A stretch of DNA of 20,000 bases from the NCBI GenBank assembly GCA_041082215.1, contig JBDOIF010000171.1:55300-75299 (forward strand). The letters run 5' to 3'. Origin of the DNA: Anaerolineae bacterium. Lineage in GTDB: Bacteria; Chloroflexota; Anaerolineae; B4-G1; DUEL01. Each line of letters starts with the position of its first letter. Positions within the stretch are counted from its first letter, which is position 1. This document shows, piece after piece, positions 17,701 through 20,000 of this stretch. The position numbers were made by a program, and so were the translations under genes. Below the pieces are notes generated by a model that had not been told where the DNA came from, did no database searches, and was given only the letters and a program-made list of their open reading frames with translations.

Positions 17701-18879
17701 GCCGACGCGGAGGTGCAGCCAGCCCACCCGGAGACGATCCCGGACTTCCCCCAGGCTATGGCACAGCGGGCCTCCGCCTGGGTGGGCAACACCGGCTACG
17801 GCTACGGGGTGGACGATTCCATCGCCCTCTCCGAGCGACTGATGTACTTCTTCTCCCAGGAGCTGGGCCGCAGCGCCTACATGCCCATCGGGCAAGCATT
17901 GCGCAACGCCAAGCTCCGCTATCTGGGTACACTGCCCAGCGGCGGCCTCAGCCTTTACCACGAAAAAGCGCTGATGGAGGCTGCCCTCTACGGCCTGCCG
18001 ATGCTGCGGGTCCACCTCCCCACCCCTCAGCCTCCCTGGCATGAAGGGATCTCCAGCACGGTCGAGGGGCCGGCCCCCGTGGGCATTGGGGGCCTGCAGG
18101 TGATCACCGCCACGGTCCACCCCACCCTCACCCGTCATATCGCAGGCGGTATGACGGGCCAGGCCCTGGGGCAGGGAGGCGGCGTCTACTACAGCGTGGG
18201 CGGCGAGGCGCAGGCCAGCCCCGGCCAGCCGGTCCAGCCGCTGGCGACCCTCCTCATCTCCCCTCCGGCTACGGCCGACTACGTCGCCCATGGCACTCTC
18301 TTCCTGAGCGGCCACTACACTTATGACACCGACTTCGACCCCCTCATCTCCCGGCCAGTGACCGATGTCACCCTGCCGGAGCCGGAGTTCACCTTTACCG
18401 GCTGGTTCCCGGATAAGCCCTTCTTCGTAAATCGGTTCGGTGGGCACGACCGGCTGGTGCTCATCCCTGGCCAGTACAACGCCGGGCTTGGCCTGGAGCG
18501 GCTGTACGACGAGCTTCAGCTCCTGGTCTTCTATTCCACCAGCGACGATTTCCTTCCACCCACCATCTGGGAGACGGATGCAACCCGGTTTGTGGGCAGG
18601 GTCAACTTCCGGGCGCGGGCATCGGATACCTCCGGCATCTACCGTATGCTGGTCACCTACAGCACCGGCGGTGGCTACTGGCAGAGTATGGACCTGGCCT
18701 ATAACGAGGGGAACAAGCTCTGGGAAGGCTCGCTAGACAGGGTTGAAGATGCCCTCCACTTCTTTGTCCAGGCAGTGGACAGGGCAGGGAACGTGACGAT
18801 GAGCGCCAACAAAGGGATGCTGCTGGAAGCGAAAGGGTGGGCGCTCTACCTGCCACTGGTAACCCGGAACGGGCGATAG
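14767..18879 (+). CDS. Large secreted protein: signal peptide, four beta-sandwich-like repeats, PPC domain with (GRISSI)5 insert, peptidase C25 (gingipain)-like domain, C-terminal YLPLVxR motif
   Basis: ATG 14767 follows AAGGAGG. Signal peptide MGRHRLLKGIAIVGLSGLMLALVGAG. PPC pattern DTYEPND...DLDWYRI...LPADYDLVLF...GWHYILV. C25-like segments YVVLVGSDEQLP, TDDIYGD, VGRLV, SINAHF, SMGCHAG, WVGNTGYGY, IGQALRNAK and LYGLP. Confidence 0.8.
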   Translation: MGRHRLLKGIAIVGLSGLMLALVGAGLSTADMPPSSAGRADAAPSVTGAASAQTTATLPVAAAAYEGSPGGWYEQAVPFVAYSADGLETNLHVQSLSGYTITAYLYVSAGGLSTTVTRTIPPNGTTIWNMKELTPILGASFSGSAILDSGPDPVAAVVRITDHSGDTEGLMAYTVPGAAQNEVVLPALYRNYGGWCSTVVVQNTDRFSSARANIYLFAADGSVAYDDSPELAPMAIYTLNLCQTGSIPSGFHGWASISSDHPTAAVVINKNPTTGGAFALTGQYRENLSTYGVLPWASCRGSAEPLNTEFTLYHAGIDAFTVTVAYHNQTSGSLDALEERTLVPGGNVTHSLAAYEPLPGGWQGTIVYSGTDLLTAYALNEDGQTSAGYGGFPWPEFRVHLPYFIYSPGERTDLRVWNSADFSNTAYIYLFDLAGNLAHEFEIEVPPYASYILDPSKLLEGYFFGSAVVTAGNNFFETVVADLVFSTPSGDTYEPNDIWEMAYPIQAGQPYWSYISHEDDLDWYRIEITAPAMLTVTLDNLPADYDLVLFGDLGQPLGPDNQVLGELGDNSDIDAAGRISSIGRISSIGRISSIGRISSIGRISSISANPNTMSEQVSTMALEPGWHYILVLGDNGVHDPTRSYRLQAEVVPLTGGSCSWTPTYPMGEPIATYVGTPTGTFPYSEPLTLILLNKQRLDATYGITETNALVNDLRALADHPLVRGIVVPVENDDVISDTYTTWNTEYCSPGYANEVARQIRERIVLPYFQGYPSLQYVVLVGSDEQLPLYRIPDETRIANERTYESSAYLDAGAARAALALGYYLTDDIYGDPTPLAWRNRWLVVQRHPVGRLVETPTEVRAMIGSFLQSGGVLTATRAVATGYDFLSDSAAAIGARLSDHGLAVTSLISETWDADDLESAWTQAVPPNEIASINAHFSHYEAYPALTTSVPLSNAAVVNALFTGTLGFSMGCHAGLNLADAEVQPAHPETIPDFPQAMAQRASAWVGNTGYGYGVDDSIALSERLMYFFSQELGRSAYMPIGQALRNAKLRYLGTLPSGGLSLYHEKALMEAALYGLPMLRVHLPTPQPPWHEGISSTVEGPAPVGIGGLQVITATVHPTLTRHIAGGMTGQALGQGGGVYYSVGGEAQASPGQPVQPLATLLISPPATADYVAHGTLFLSGHYTYDTDFDPLISRPVTDVTLPEPEFTFTGWFPDKPFFVNRFGGHDRLVLIPGQYNAGLGLERLYDELQLLVFYSTSDDFLPPTIWETDATRFVGRVNFRARASDTSGIYRMLVTYSTGGGYWQSMDLAYNEGNKLWEGSLDRVEDALHFFVQAVDRAGNVTMSANKGMLLEAKGWALYLPLVTRNGR
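16495..16584 (+). repeat. Five tandem 18-bp coding repeats GGCCG(C/T)ATCAGCTCCATC encoding (GRISSI)5
   Basis: Units start at 16495, 16513, 16531, 16549 and 16567 and differ only at the synonymous third base of the Arg codon (C,T,C,T,T). Confidence 0.95.
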
Positions 18880-18884
18880 GAGCG

Positions 18885-19781
18885 ATGGAGGCTGTCGTTC
18901 TCGGCAACATCACGCTGGACGTGCTCTGCTATCCGGTGGAGGACGTACCTCGACACGAGTCTATTTCCTTCGAGCAGGCAGCGGTCGGCCCGGGGGGATG
19001 CGGCTCCAATGTGGCGGTGGGCCTCTGCGCCCTGGGTGTGCGGACGGCGCTGGTGGGGCGGGTCGGCACCGACGATGCCGCCGCCCTGATCGAGCGGTAC
19101 TGGGAGCGGGTCGGACTGGATACCCGCTTTGTCCGTCGTGTGCCGGACCGACCGACGGCAGTGAGCGTGGGGCTGGTGGACCGGCAGGCTCAGCCCCGCT
19201 TCGTCCACACGCCCGGGGCCAACGCCGGCCTGACGGTGGATGACCTCGACCTGGAGGCCCTGGCGGACGAGGGGGCCCGCGTCCTCCACGTGGGCGGCTT
19301 CCTGGTCCTGCCGGGGCTGCTGGATGGGCGGCTGCCCGGCAAGCTGGCAGAGGCACGGGCACGGGGGCTTCTCACCTCGCTGGACGTGGTCATCTCCCGC
19401 GCCCAGCCAGACCCGGCCCCCCTCTGGCCCTGCCTGTCCCATCTGGACCTGTTCCTGTGCAACCAGCGGGAGGCCCATTATCTGACCGGGGAGCGGAACC
19501 CGGCGAGAGCGGCCCGTGCCCTCCGCGAGCGAGGCGCGCGGGCAGTGGTGATCAAGCTGGGGGCGGAGGGGTGCTGGGCGGAGGGAGCGGGCTTTTCCGG
19601 TCGGGTCCCGGCCCCCCAGGTCGAAGTGGTGGACACCACCGGGGCGGGCGACGCATTCGCCGCCGGCCTCATCGCCGCCCTGCTGCGCGGGGCGGGCCTG
19701 GAGGCGGCCTGCCGGGCAGGGAACGAGGCCGGCGCACGGATGGTGGGCAATCTGGGAACGGTGGCCGCCTGGTTCCCGTAG
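18885..19781 (+). CDS. PfkB/ribokinase-family carbohydrate kinase
   Basis: GGCGSNVAVGLCALG (signature 1), VVIKLGAEG and VVDTTGAGDAF (signature 2). ATG 18885 follows TAGGAG and is preferred over the GTG at 18837. Confidence 0.92.
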   Translation: MEAVVLGNITLDVLCYPVEDVPRHESISFEQAAVGPGGCGSNVAVGLCALGVRTALVGRVGTDDAAALIERYWERVGLDTRFVRRVPDRPTAVSVGLVDRQAQPRFVHTPGANAGLTVDDLDLEALADEGARVLHVGGFLVLPGLLDGRLPGKLAEARARGLLTSLDVVISRAQPDPAPLWPCLSHLDLFLCNQREAHYLTGERNPARAARALRERGARAVVIKLGAEGCWAEGAGFSGRVPAPQVEVVDTTGAGDAFAAGLIAALLRGAGLEAACRAGNEAGARMVGNLGTVAAWFP

Positions 19782-19835
19782 GGGCGAGGCGTGCCTTGCC
19801 CCCCGTAGGGGCGAGAGGCATCTCGCCCCTACGGG
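19775..19835. repeat. GTAG-family REP doublet between convergent genes
   Basis: cccGTAGGGGCGAGGCGTGCCTTGCCCC is followed by CCCGTAGGGGCGAGA-GGCA-TCTCGCCCCTACGGG (19802-19835, perfect 15-bp arms). Confidence 0.85.
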
Positions 19836-20000
19836 TAACACGTCTGGTAATCTGCCCCCAGGATCAGCCGGAAGCCGAATCGTGAGCTTCCCCCCGGCTC
19901 GTAGACCACCCGGCTGTCGGGAATGCGGAACATCTGCTGAAGATACCCCACGCCGGTCCCCTTGGCATATTCGCTGAACACCACAAGCTGCGTCTGACCG
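19829..20000 (-). CDS. 3' end of a gene ending in a LytR_C-like domain (probable LCP-family cell-envelope protein); not in the ORF track
   Basis: Manual minus-strand translation from 19999: GQTQLVVFSEYAKGTGVGYLQQMFRIPDSRVVYEPGGSSRFGFRLILGADYQTCYP*. The ending hhLGxDY is typical of LytR_C. Confidence 0.6.
   Translation of the reverse strand, partial: GQTQLVVFSEYAKGTGVGYLQQMFRIPDSRVVYEPGGSSRFGFRLILGADYQTCYP

Overview
High-GC bacterial chromosomal window, most likely Chloroflexota (Anaerolineae-like; inferred from the C-terminal YLPLVxR motif, an sAC-type cyclase and the repeat types). Left to right: 5'-truncated type-2 ileS with a reversed GVHH signature and a perfect 30-bp palindrome embedded in frame; an LpxL/PatA-family acyltransferase; a minus-strand membrane cluster (DUF2207, MNT, HEPN, 2TM/wHTH/Zn-ribbon protein, helical hypothetical, YdjI-type SPFH+SHOCT); a GtrB-like GT2 glycosyltransferase; a 146-bp MITE-like element with a 9-bp target duplication between divergent promoters; and a plus-strand operon of a double class-III cyclase-STAND ATPase-TPR protein, a 1370-aa secreted gingipain (C25)-like protein carrying five tandem GRISSI hexapeptides, and a PfkB kinase. 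A REP doublet and the 3' end of a convergent LytR_C-type gene close the window. The best candidate for an undescribed system is the TPR/STAND cyclase paired with the secreted protease and its tandem hexapeptides, possibly a peptide-signal-to-cAMP circuit (hypothesis). All family calls come from motif recognition by eye; no database searches were run.
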